A stretch of 64,000 nucleotides of DNA from Bispira polyomma (lineage: Eukaryota): assembly GCA_965649765.1 (NCBI GenBank), contig OZ287750.1:73594001-73658000 (forward strand), given 5' to 3'. The notes beneath the pieces were generated by a model. It did no database searches, was not told the origin of the DNA, and saw only the letters and a program-made list of their open reading frames with translations. Positions 40,131-54,300 of this stretch are shown piece after piece. Numbering within the stretch: position 1 is the first letter of the stretch; the number at the start of each line of letters is the position of its first letter. A program made the position numbers and the translations under genes.

Positions 40131-40181
40131 TAGTACAGTAACTGTACCTCCACCAAGGATCCAGGTAGAAGGGTGGATCCT

Positions 40182-40416
40182 GGGGGCCTATTCTTGGAAA
40201 GATCTGAACCTCAAATCTGAAGTCCCCGTATCTCTGGCCAGAGTGAATTAAGTTATGTCAAATCTGACTGCATATTTGAATTCATCACTGAAAGATCTAT
40301 TAAAATGTAATTAGTCACTAGTATGGATATATTCCATGTACAAGGACTTCCACACAACCACCATTTGAGTTTGAATCTGAGATTGAGCTTAAGTTTCTTT
40401 GAAGAATATGGGCCTA
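40182..40416. repeat. Dispersed repeat or MITE, with a second copy at ~62413-62590
   Basis: Shared GAAGTCCCC.TATCTCTGGC...GTCAAATCTGACTGCATATTTGAATTCATCACTGAAAGATCTA; GGCCTATTCTT / AAGAATATGGGCC near-inverted ends. Confidence 0.6.
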
Positions 40417-42368
40417 GGATTTTTAAAAACTGTTTGGTAATATGGTAGACTTTCTTCAAGTCCTTTTCTCTCAAGCATTATATGAGAGCAGTTTGACTTT
40501 GCTGAGAAAAGTATTTGCGCAGAGAAGGCTGGCCTAATTTACATAATGGAATCATTATGACTTTGTGCATGGTAGATAAGGATAAAATACAAAGACTTCT
40601 GAGCCAGTCTAGCAATGTGACACCTTGGAGGATGGATGCCTTCCACTGACTATCCTTCTAGTTAAGAGAATATAAACAGGGCGGAGTTGTTGAAAGTAAA
40701 ATTAAATTTTTTGTTGTTGATATAATAGAATATTTATCACCTGAACTTGATGCGAGAGTAAGATTTTGTGGGGATATATTACTAGAAAGTTCATCAATTA
40801 GAAGAAGAACTTTAGTATAAAACCAAAGGAGAATGTAAATTTGAGTGAGAGAAAGTCAGTGCATAAATTTATAAATGGATAATAGATGTTCGGATAATAA
40901 AGGTTCTACTGTATTACTTGTAATAGTGAGTATAAACCAGTATAAATCACATTACCTGTGTTGTAAGAGATTGTGTATAGGTTTTTGTATAGCTTACATA
41001 TGATTAAGATAGGAAATTCTACATTTAATTCAGATTTGTTATTTGTAGAGCCTTTTTATCATTAAGTGTCAATAATATTACTGACATAAAACCATACAAA
41101 CACTGCTTAAATGATATTTCACTCGTGTATATAATTAGGATAATTATATAAGTGTATCAATTGGATCATAGTAGTGCATCATCAATTCATAATGATAAAT
41201 TATTACAGTCGCATAATAAAATTGGTCTAATAAATGCAAGCAGAGATGAATTGTTATAGTGTTTTCAGTATATATCTTTATAAGGTATATTGTTAATTCT
41301 AATGATGTGTGAAAATGATTAAAGTCATGTTGCATCATTTGGAAAATATTCAGATAAACATGAATCACTGTTTGTGAACTGTTCATTTTATTATGTTTGT
41401 TTGAAAGATGGTACAAGCCTACTTTTCATTGTTCGACTTTGAATTTTTAAAGTCCAGATTATGTAATATGGAATTTAAAAACCAAAACTACATTTCTTTT
41501 TCACATATTTATAATAAATAAATATATATATATGTATGAAGTCTTTCATCAGTGATAAAGTTCAGCTTCTAGTTTATGTTCATTTTATATTGTACACTGA
41601 ATTGTAGATTGAAGTGTAAATGATATTCAGGCCAAATTTCACTGTGACGATACATTTATGAAGACTATAGCTTACTGCCACTTCAGAAGTTTCTGGGTGA
41701 TAATGAGATCTTATAATGGGTGTGATAAAACTATTGTAAGATGATCTTTCTGTCCTTTTTTAGTATGAGAGGTACATGTATCATATATATATTTTTGTAA
41801 ATATAGAGTCTAAAGGCATTATATTTAAATATATACTATTATAAAGATAATGTGGAGGGTACTTTAATGAAGCGTTTTATCGACTCTCAGAATCTGATTT
41901 TGCTATATTCTGTTTTACCTTAAAGCAACATATGTATTGTTGTGCATTATCTTTGCAAAAATCAATCAATAACATTCAGTAAAGTGTTATAGTAGTAATA
42001 TTTTCCAGAATAAATATGTAATCTCCTTAATATATAGTTTTACTCTCTAATGCTGTGTTTGAGAATATATTATTGTATACATCAGTACAGTGAGCAGATG
42101 TATTAAACAACAACTACACAAACCAATTGTTTAGAAAAGTGTCAAATGAAGAAGAAATAGAAGTTGCTTTGATAAATCTTTAAAATGTCTCATTGAACTT
42201 TCGTATGTAGTTCAATTTGTGGAGAGTATTCAAGTAGAATCTTTTATATTATCATACTGACTTGTAATCACTGGACTAGTTGGAAAATTCATTATATTTT
42301 CACATAATATAAGGACTTTGAACACAAAAAAAGGATTAGATTTTGTTAAAGTAACACATCATCACACA

Positions 42369-45300
42369 ATGAGGATCTTGTCGGTTATAACTTGTATTTT
42401 ATTGACTTGTCCAACAACGACAAGATACCATGACGGAATACAACAAAAAGTACAAGAATCCATCAACAAAGGTTGGTATTTTTGAAATGCATTAATTTGG
42501 GCTGATTTATTAACTTTTTTTGCTGTTTTAACACTAAATTTTCAGTAAAGTGTTATCAATAATGAATATTAATTTCCTTTATTAAAATTATTAAAATTAA
42601 AAAAGGACATAAGATTTATTTGAGAAAAACTTTCAACTTAACCCTTTCGACTCCTTTTCCTTCAGTTGCTCGCAATAAGAAATTGTTGGTACAGCAGACT
42701 TCCCCATGTAAAAAATTATTCACATGAGGCTGTTATTGAATATCGGAAGTGGTCTGTGGTGTGTGTTTTAGTGACTCCAACCATCTGTAACCTATTGCCG
42801 AAAAAGTTCCTTCAGTTCCTGGAAATAGTTTTCTTTTGGGTTAAAAAGGGGTTAATAGTAAAGTTTATAACACAGAGGTTTTGTTAAATTACATAGGTAT
42901 GTTTTGGCATGTGACTGACCTACACTGGGACCCGACCTATCGAGATGATCAGCTTGGTTGGTCGTGTAATGACCAATCAAAGCCCCCTGGTGGGTATTAT
43001 GGAGACTATGCGTGTGACTCCCCGATCCAGTTAATTTACAGTGCAGTAGCAGCAATGAAGGAAATCTATTCTGATCCCGATTTTATCATTTGGACTGGGT
43101 AAGAATGTGTGTGGAGGTAATACATTAGAACCTCTATTATCCGAAAAGGTTGGGAGAGCGAGACTTTTTGTTTGGATAATATAAGTGTTTATAAACTAGA
43201 AGATGCATCTTGTGACAAAAAAAAAACAATAAGAAATTTTTTGGGGGAAAATGAATGCGAGCTCAAAAAATTGAATGTTCAGATATTGGAATTTTGCATA
43301 ATAGAGGTTTTTTGATCAGAAGGTCCTGGGTTCTACTCCCGGTACCGGCCTGTCCTATAAGTGCTCTATAACAAATACCATATGTTATGCTGTATCACTT
43401 TTAACACTCTTGTATTATTTTACGTATGGAGTTTACTGGACAAGACCAGTAAAGATCAGTTGGTCACTGCCAGTCTTAAGTAAGTCCTCTGTTAGCTTTC
43501 CCACATACAGTAAAACCTTTGGTAGCAAAATAATCAAATATTCTATTTTACGAACAAATTTTAATTTTCTTAAATTTATATTTACCTATTGTTTTGGACT
43601 AAAATCTGTATCTTCTTTCATGAGCCTCCTGTTATCCAAACAGAATATTGCTCTCCCAACATGTTTGGATAATAGAGGTTCTACTGTACATGCTGAGCTG
43701 CTATTTCTATCCCATCAATACAGAGGTGAAAAGCAAGATTAAAAAACCCATATAGCCATCTGAAAAGTGTGTAGTTTAGATTTTCTCTTGAGGAATAATA
43801 ACCACATATGCAATTTGCATTTGATTTTATCTGTAAACCTTAAATTGCAGGGATGATACTCCACATATCTGGAATGACACTATTTTGAATCCTGAGGTTG
43901 TTCTCGAGGTATGTAATGCTATTATACTAGAGTGTCATTTTCATGCCACAGCCATAATACTTATATACGTATCTTCGATACACTCTTGCACAGAATATAT
44001 AAAATATATATTTAGAAAATTACTTCCATGTTACCATTTTATTGAAATACAGTCGAGAATTATTATGAGTTTTTGTGAATCACAGTTTTATTTTATTAGG
44101 CCCGATGACATCAGGCTTATTGTTATAAAGAGCTATCTACCCTAGTCACTGTGTGAGGACAAGTTGATCTTGTTTAAATTCTATAATCAGATGTTAACAA
44201 TATTGCGTTACACTCTGTCACGCTTTCATAACATATTGCTTTTAAATTTGGTGTAAGCAAAAACCACATTGTCATAACAGCTCCTTCGTTACTTTTTCTT
44301 ACATCTTGTAGTGCATAGTATATTATAAAATTACAGATAATTTTCAATCAAACTGACATCTTAAAGGAGTATTTCCCTGACAAGATGGTGTACTCTGCTT
44401 TGGGTAACCACGACTGGAGTCCTAAGAGTCACTTTCCACCACGCCAGGATGTAAGGTATGAGGAGATTGGGGAGTACTGGCAAGATTGGCTACATACACC
44501 AGAGTCACAGGAAACATTTACAAAAGGTCTGTACTTTGTAAACTTGGAAAGAAACTTGCTTCTGCTGATTTTACATACCTCTCCTCCACGAAGACCTGGG
44601 GCCGTATTCACTAACAAGTGAAATTCCATTCCTAACTTAGATTTCAAGTATTGTGACCATTTTTTACTGACTTAGATCCAGGTGGTATTCATGAAAGAAA
44701 ACTTACTTACTTTAGAGAAAAAACTTACTTAGATTTCAAGTAAGCAAATGAGGTACCTTAGATTTCTTTCCTAACTTGGATTCTAAGAAAAATGTAAGTA
44801 AGTAGAATTTTTCACTTGTTTGTAAATACCACTTCCCAGGAAATCTTTAGAAAAATTTACTTACTTTGGAAAGTAAGTGAAAAAAAAATTCACTTGTTAG
44901 TGAATACGGCCCCTCTGTCCTCAGGTCTAATATCACTCCAATATGACTACTACACAACTCGCTTGGCAGAGAGGGGGGGGATCTTGAGGCACCTAGACCA
45001 TGTGAACTTAGAAAGAAACTTGCTACTGCTGGGATTCAATCCATAAATCTTGCGGATCTTGCAATTAATAGTCGCATGCCTAACAGTTGAGCTAAAGGGG
45101 AGACCCTGGAAGCCAGAGTGTTAAATGTGTTGATGTACACTGATATTACGACTTGAATTTAAGACTCAAAATGTCTTGAATTATACAACTTTATGATTCA
45201 TGACCGGTTACAGTTGGGTTTGTTTGATATTTTATATACTATTAAATGTAAACGCTTATAATTTAAAATACACTGCAAAAGTACAATGCTGTATTTGTAA

Positions 45301-48300
45301 AAAGTTACGTTGAAAATCTTAAGACTTTTTACTGTAAATTAAGACAAAAAACTACAATGGATTTTAAAATGGTAATTTGGTAAAATGAGGATACATGTAT
45401 TAAACCTAAAACAACACTCAATGTATTTAAAGCTCATGCGTAAGACATTGTATAAATCACAGTTTGAAGCGTGGGCTAGTGGTTAGGGAGTTGGTTAGGT
45501 GGTCGGGCCCCGCTTAAACTTACGTTGATCGGAAGGTCCCGTTTCGACTCCTGCTGATGCCGCTAGTTTTATTAGTGGGATAAGATCATAGGGCAAGATA
45601 TGAACATGTCATTGCCTACTGATGACACCCAAGGCCATGTTGTAAGACACATGATTAGTTGATTGATTCGGTTTGATGCACATTAGAAGATGCATTGCAT
45701 CAACAAAGCAAGTTGAAAATATATACAGTCAAATCTGAAGGGACCATAAAGTCATGTTCTACTTACCAGAAAGTATACTTAACAGGTAAATTAGAAATGT
45801 AGCCATATTAACTTCTACTTAACAAGTAATTCCACTTATCACAGTTCTACTTAAAGGGGTTTGACTAGTATACAATGTAATACAATACAAAAGTATACAG
45901 TATGACCAATGTTATCTGAACACCCTGCAAAAGTGTTAGCAAAATAGAATATTCAAGAAATGGAAGAGGTATTTGCATATAAAACAACAGGAAAATATAC
46001 ATATAGGAGAGCTAAGTTGAGTTTATAAAATTGAATATCTGTATGTGACATGTTCATGCTTCAGAATCACTGGCCTGTCATCAATTTGGGTTTGAATCCT
46101 GTTTGTTCCTTCGTGTGAAAAAGTTTTTCAAGTACTTGCCATGGGTTAATGGTTTAAGGGGTTCAACACTGGTTTCTTCCATCATTGAATCTAGCCATCT
46201 TGATGTGACCTAAGCTGTTAAAAACGCCATAAAAACAAGAGTTGTCTTTTAAAAAAGAGACACAGGCACACAGTTGTGAAATACACTAATGTTGATATGG
46301 ACGCTATATATTCAGACACCCATACACATATTAATCTGACACCCCTTGGTGTGGACGGGTTGATTGCTTCTGACTCTTTTCAGTGCCCTTTTCAGAATGA
46401 AAACAGTATCAGGCTATGCCTAATAAAAACAATTAAATTCCAACTCTATGTCTTGTGGACCTTTAGGTGGTTACTACAGTATGGACATAGAAGGCACCAA
46501 TCTCACAGCTCTTGTACTAAACACCAATTTCTACTACAAGAGTAACCCCCTTACAGAAGGAATGCCAGACCCCGCCAACCAGTTCCAGTGGTTTGACGAC
46601 AAGTTAACAACAGCCAGAGTGGCCAATAAAAAGGTTTGTACAAGAGGTGTACAAGGTCCTGGGTTCATCTCCTGGTACAGACCGCTAGTTTTAGTTGGTG
46701 GGATAATGTCCTTGTGCAAGATGTGAACACGCGTTTGCCTAGTGGCTCGGATGGCCACTTAAAATGGTCGTCCTGTCTCCAGTGGCAGGTTAAAGATCTT
46801 TAGGGACATTAATAAATAAATGGTCATCCCCAAGCCTTGGTGCCCAAAGTGGCTGCCCATGAGAAAGCGCATTTAGAATGATCCTATGTCTTTTAAGCGC
46901 GCTATAACAAATATAATGTTATGTTACAGCAAAACATCTATTATCTGCATATTTTATTTTACGAAATACCAATTTACAATTTTCTTGTTTTTGTATTTTA
47001 TTAAATGTCTTAGGTTGTATAATAACTAGTGTACAATAAACACATGTAATTTTATTCAAATAAACAACATGTAAATGACACACTCGCTTAGGAAAACAGA
47101 AGACCTGGGTTCAATCCCAGCTTGGGGTGACCAGGTACAGCTAGAAATATAGTGCTTTTGATGAACACTTACAATGGTGGTCCTCTGTCATTGGGTCCTA
47201 TCCTCAGTGGCAGACTGAATAACCTTAGGGATGTTGATAAGTGGTGATCCCTCAGTTTTAGGGGAATACCAGAAAATGGTAGACGAATGTGCAGAGTATA
47301 AAATTTAAATTCAATAGAAGGACATGTCTGTATATTGATAGTTACTAGATTATTGGTATTCCCCTTGAAACAACCACACCACTGGTTATTTTTTAAACAG
47401 GATCTTTATCAACAGGTCGGTTACTGAATGGATTACTTTAGCCTTAACGTCACTTTAGACAAGTTTATTGTCATATCACAATATACAGCTCACTCATGGT
47501 GGAAATCGTAACAAGATAGTTGATCAAGATATTGTGCTCTGCAAACCACCAGCTTTTGGCAAGTCTACTGTCAACTTTCCCACCTCATGCAAAGCCAGGA
47601 TCAAGATTCAAACTCACAGCAGCAGAGGTGGGAGGGGAGTGTGTTACCACTCCACCTCCGGTTGCTTGATGGAAGTCGTCTCTCTTACAGTTTTGTGTTT
47701 TTCGTTAGGTAATTGTGATGGCCCACGTACCACCTGGAATGTTTGAAAAACATCGAGATTACAGCTGGTTCTATCCAGTGTTCAATGAGATGTTTCTGGC
47801 ACTTCTTACTAAACACAAGGATACCATTGGTAGTATACATTTTGGACACCATCACACTGACACTTTCAGAGTGTTGTACTATGGAGGTAAGCTTTAGTCA
47901 TTACCTTAACCCTTTATTGCGGCATAAATACATGTATTCCTGTACTGAAGTAAGTTTCATGGGTAACAGGTTGTCACATAGCTGGAGTCACTAAAACACA
48001 CACCACAGATTACAATATTCAGCTTGACTAATTAATAATAATTATTTTACTATTTGATTATTCTTTTTTTGATATTATACTGTAGTTGAGACTAGTTTTA
48101 ACAATTGTCAATTTAATGCTTGTCATTTTTAAATGATTTAAGCTTAAACTTCCGGGGCGCCATGTTATACGATAGCTGGAGTCACTAAAATAAGTATCAC
48201 TGATGACTCGTGGCATTTTATGACAATCTGATGTATATTTATTTGAATGAAGAATTCTACAAGTATTAATACTTTTGCAAATGTGTGGTACTGAAGTAAA

Positions 48301-51300
48301 CTAGAATAATAATTATGGGGTGTCGACTGATTGCTGTCACGGTTCCTGCGAATACCAAATGTTTATGACAATATAGGTGCCAATAGGGTTAAATGTTCAA
48401 TAAGCACAGTATCAGCGAAGGCTAAAAGAATGCAGATTAATCAGTATTAGGCTCAGCTTGACCAATTAAGAATACAATGTCATTATTTTTCTATTTTTTT
48501 TTAATATATATATCATATACATATATTATGTTAGGTCAGTTTTAACAATTTGTCAGTTCAGTGTTTCCCTCACCAGACCCAGTGAGACCACACTGCATTT
48601 CATTCAGGCAACAAAGCTTCTGTTCTATTGTGTCAAACTGTCCTTACTTCTGTGAACTATCTATTCTCACAAAGCAAAGTCTTGCTATGCTTGTCTCCTA
48701 ATTAATTCAGTTAATAAAAACTTCTTTCAGTGATTTGCTGAAAATGTGGAATTTGAAGCCTGTACTTGATGTGTTTTTGCTGAATAGATTTCACATTAAC
48801 GCTTCAAAAACTTTAAACCACAAGTAAAAAGTACAACTAAATGAAAACATATAACGTGTGTTGAAACTTCTCATTTTTTGGTAAAAATTACACTTATATT
48901 TGGTAAAAAGTTGAAGCCCCCCCCCCCCCCCCTCCCCACTTTAAGCTTCTTATTTTAGGTAAAATTAGACTTATTTTCGGTAAAAAGGTGAAACCACCTT
49001 TATTAGTGTTCTTATTTTTTTTTTTTATGGGATTGCCCTTTTAAAAATAATTCTGCAGGCACAGTGTAGGAAAAGGGATTAAAGGCTACACTGACCTGTT
49101 ACAATCAACTTAATTAACATAACTTGTAGTTTACTATTACAACACATTTAATTACCGATACACATAAAACAAAAAATACTTCTATACTGACAATTTTATT
49201 GTTCCATTAGTATTTTCCATCTGTTCCATATTATACTGAAATTATCAAAATTGGATTGTATCTTGGCAAGCATTTCCTGCTCTTTATATAGTCGTTTAAT
49301 TACATTTTGTATAACATGAAAATACATTTTTTTTATTTAATTGGGCAAATTGGAAAAGGTAATATTTTGTCACAAGTATTATTGTGTTAACTGGTGTAAA
49401 GTTTTGATCGAAATAAGGATAGCCCATTTTTATAAAGTAGTCAGTAAAAGTAATTTTTATATTCAAAACATTTAAAATCCAGCTTGTTATCTGTTTCCAT
49501 ATTTCATTTGACACATTACATCTCACAAACAAATGGATAATTGATTCTTCTTCTAAGTTACATAGTCTACAGTTTGCACTTGCCGAGATCTTGATTTGTT
49601 TCAGAAAACGTCGAACTCCAAGACGACGTGTTAGGATACGGTATTGAAGCCAAATTATACGATTATCTATCAGAGTTTTAAAACAAGTTCTATATGCAAC
49701 CTTCCAGCTATCTATATCAATATTAAGATTCAAATCTGTATTCCATTTGTCATTACAGAACACTTTTTTTGAACAATTAAAAACTTTATATGGCACTCTA
49801 CTACCCTTATTATTTTTGGAAAAAATTCTAATATGAGACGGATAGACTGGCTTTTGATAGGGACTTTCCACGTCATTCTTTTTCAATGTAGTTAGATACT
49901 TATTTACCAAAGATTTAATTCTGTAATACTCCAGGTAGTTCGCTTTGATCAAGCCAAATTTGGATTTTATGTCTTCAAAATTGAGTACCTTCCTCGACTG
50001 TAGGTCCACAATGTCCCCTATGTAAATTATATTCTTTTCAAACCAATGTGGGAAGAATAGAGGAGTACTTGTTAGTCTATGGTTATACCAGAGAGGACTG
50101 GATAGTCCTTCTTCAATGGTTTCAGGTTTCAGAAGGTAAAACAATGAGATCCAAGAATGGAGAACATTTTTCCAAAATGGATTTTTTACTTCTGCAACTA
50201 TTTTTTTAAGTTGTTGTAGACCCATCTGAAATATGTTATCGGTATGTGTTACACAACTTTTAAACAATTTTGCCCAGTCTGCTCCTGAATCAAAAATTAT
50301 TCTGTTCATCCACGTGGCTTTTATTGCCTTAATATAATTTTGTAAGTTTACCATATTTAAACCACCAAACGTATAGTATTGGGTACATTGAATTCTGCCA
50401 ACCTTGTCAGGCTTATTATCCCATACAAAGTTGAAAAATAAGCTATTTATTCTATCTATTAATTTAGAATCTGGAGTTGGAAGTGACATAAATAGATGGT
50501 TTAGCTTGTTTAGAACAAAAGTTTTGACAATTGAAATCCTGCCCAGTGGAGTCAAACTCCGTTTTTTCCAGTTTATCAGGGTTTTTTCTATTTCATGTAG
50601 ACATTTAGTGAAATTTATTGATATAATATCAGTCAAATCTACTGAAATTTCTAATCCTAATAGTTGAAAAGTATCCGTATCCCAACAAAAAGTTTTACCA
50701 ATATCAAGTTTTTCCTTACATTTCCGTTTTTTTCCGATCCAAATCAGTTTTGTTTTCTCAGTATTAATATTCAAGCCAGACAAGGAACCAAATACTTCTA
50801 ATTTGTTTAAAGCAGCCAACAGGGAACCCCTAGATCCGTCAAGAAACAAGGTAGTGTCATCAGCAAACTGTGTCAACTTATATTCATATTCGCCAACAAA
50901 TATACCCTTAATATTATTGTCATTTTGTATTAATTTGCACAGAACCTCGGCACAGATAATAAAAAGGTAAGGTGAGATTGGATCTCCTTGGCGACATCCT
51001 CTATGGATTTCAAAAAATTCTGAAAGCCACCCACACTGTATAATAGCTGCGCTAATATTATAATTAAATAGATTGATCCATTTTATTATATCTCGACCAA
51101 AATTGAACAGTTTAAGGACGTTATTCATAAACTTCCAAGATATTGAGTCCAAAGCCTTTTCAAAGTCTATGAGCATCAACAGTCCAGTTTTCTTTTTTAC
51201 TTCACAATGGTGCATTAGATCGAAAACTAGTCTAGTACTTTCCCCAATAAATATTCCTTTAACAAATCCTTTTTGGGTATGTGAAATTATTGTGGACAAT

Positions 51301-54300
51301 ATTTTTTTGATTCTGTTTGCTATGCAGGCGGATGTAAGCTTGTATATGACACAAAGAAGTGATATTGGCCTCCAATTTTTCAAAAACTGCTGTGGTTTAT
51401 CGCCTTTTGGAAGACAAGTTATTATACAACGTCTAAGAGAATGTGACAATTCTCCTGTCTTAAAACTATAATTCAGACTTCGCCAAATAAAATATTTCAA
51501 ATTTAACCAAAAGACCTTTAAAAACTCGGCAGGTAAACCATCAATGCCTGGTGTCTTATGGTTCTTCATTTTTTTAAGAGTTTCTGAGAGTTCCATCAAA
51601 GTGATTTCCCCCTCCAGGGCTAATTTTTGTTTCTCATCTAATTTATTTAGCTTGGCATCTTTAAGCAGTGAATCAAGGTCAAAATCAGCTAAGTTTGAGT
51701 CTCTATTGCTGAACAAATTTCTGTAAAAGTTTTTGACCTCTTCTAATATACCCTTTTGTTCAAGTACGGTGACATTATTATGTCCTTGTACTTGTCTTAT
51801 AGTTTTCTCCAGAAATTTTTTGTTTTCCAAGGAACAGAAGTATCTAGTTGGCCTTTCGCCTTCAGATAACCATTGCATTCTTGACCTTACTATATGGCCA
51901 TTTAGTTGATTTTCTCTCAAATCAGTTAACTCATGCTTTTTTTCCTCTAAAAGCTCTTGATTATCAGTGCTAGGAGTACATTCATTTTCAAGAGATTCCA
52001 TTTCTTGTTTTAGTTTGGTTTCTTTTCTACATTTTTTATGTTTTAGCATTGTGGAGTACTTAATAGTTTCTCCTCGAATCCGGAGAAACAAACATTCAAG
52101 GAATGTATTATCGTTTATTGAAAAGTGTAATTCCTGGTCTGGTATTTGTTCAAGATTATCAATATTATAAACTGGTATAGCATATCGAGCTTTCTCGTCT
52201 TGTATTGCTTTATTTATTAGGTTCAAATAGTCCTCGTTTTTCAACAGGCTTACATTAAATTTCCAGATACCCCTTCCTTTCTCGAATTTGTTCAGAAGTA
52301 GGTTTAGTTCTAAAATTGAATGGTCAGTTCTGTATCCTGGTAAAATATCAGATTTTTGAATAATATCGGTTAAAACATTTGATACCAAGAAATAATCGAG
52401 CCTCGCCTGTTTTAAAGGGTTCTTTTTCCTCCAAGTGTATCGCCTCTTATTTGGATGACTTAATCTATAACAGTCAGTTAACTCAAAAGTTTGAATCATG
52501 TCCAACGCAGCCCTACGAGACCTTGGATTGTTGATGCTCATATAGTTCATGCAATCTTTTTGTGGGTCAAGTACTAAGTTAAAATCCCCACAGACAATTG
52601 TATATTGCTCATCATTTGATTCAATGAATTGGGTCACCTGTCTAAAAAATTCAGGGGTGTCCGTATTTGGAGCATATAGGGTTATTAATCGTATTGAAAA
52701 TGTGCTTAATTTTAGGTCCATGACAAGAACATTTCCTTTTGTATCCTCAAACACTGTCTTTAGTTCACATTCAAAGTTATTGTTAATCAAAATTGCAACC
52801 CCTCTACTATTTGTATTATAGCCGTTAAGTATACATTCACCATTCCAGATAGATCGGACTGTCTTTTCGTGTTTATGTACCAAATGTGTGTCCTGAAGGC
52901 AAGCTATACTTGGATGCAGGTCTTTTAAGTATTGCAAAACATCTATTCGTTTTTTTTTATCTTGTAATCTTGACAGTTTACTGATAACACCTTCACTGTA
53001 TCAAGAGTAGCCATAAGTGTAATGATCTTTAACAGGGCTCAGAGTTGTCTGCTTCTCACAATACAAATTAAAATCAACTATCAATTCTAAACTACAAGTT
53101 TTTGCCATACACGTAAACCTGAATTTTTCTTTAAAATAATAAAAAAAAAAAACAGAAAAAACAAAATATACAGAAAAAATTTTAAAAAGCCTTGGAAAAG
53201 AAATGGATTTAATAAACAAAATAACACACATTAACTCCAATATTTGGAGGTGTTTGTTTGTAGACAACAACATTGTAGGACACATTTATGGACATATGTC
53301 AAACAATACTATTACACATTAATGGACATATGTCAAACAATACTATTACACATTAATGGACATATGTCAAACAATACTATTACACATTAATCACTAATCA
53401 AACCTGACATATATACACTACACAAAACATAATCACACAATTATATTCACAACCAAAAAAACAGTTCTACTTAACCAACTTTAACCATAACTGTTATATT
53501 GGAACCAATTCAGTTCTACTTACATATTCTTATTTTTTAAGTTTAAATATAAAGATATACCAAATTATAACAGTACTTTTACTATTTGGGTAAAAAAAAA
53601 GAGTTACTGTTAGAAAAGCCTATTTAATTAATATTTTTAGCGATGGGGAGAACTTAAAACAAGAATCAGAAAATTCACTTCCCCAAAAATTCAGTTTTCT
53701 GTTAAAAAAATACCCATAAATGTTAGGGGTTTTTCTATTGTATCTGAGGCTTGTCTTTAATAGAAAACCAATAATAGAAGATTCTCTCTTAGTCACCTAT
53801 TTGGTATTCTATATTTTTCAGGGGCAGTTTGTTTTAGTTTCAAGTAAAGCCAAAAGCACTAAACAAACTTTACAGTGGGTATTCACCATGTTAAATACTT
53901 TTATATAGATCATCAGGGCCAAGTTATTGAATGGCTTTTCAATAGGTTTTTTTTTTTTTTTTTTTTCACCCTTGAAACATTTGGGTTTTTTTTTTCACCC
54001 TTGAAACATTTGGTTTTCAACACCCTTTCATTCTATACATATAGCTGTTCCCAGAACAATATATCAAACTATCATTCTAGTGTCACCATCATGAGGCCAA
54101 ACAAAGTCGATTTATCTCTTTTAGGTTTTTAAGGGTTTTTTTTTTACCCCTTTCATTACACCTCTTGATCAATGGTGCCTGAACCAAATCAATGATAACA
54201 AGACCAACTGTAAATGTATACAATTGAATATAAATTAACATTAGTATGAAAAGTAAAGTACTTCTATCTTTATAAATTTAAACTCTAAATCTTTCAGAAA

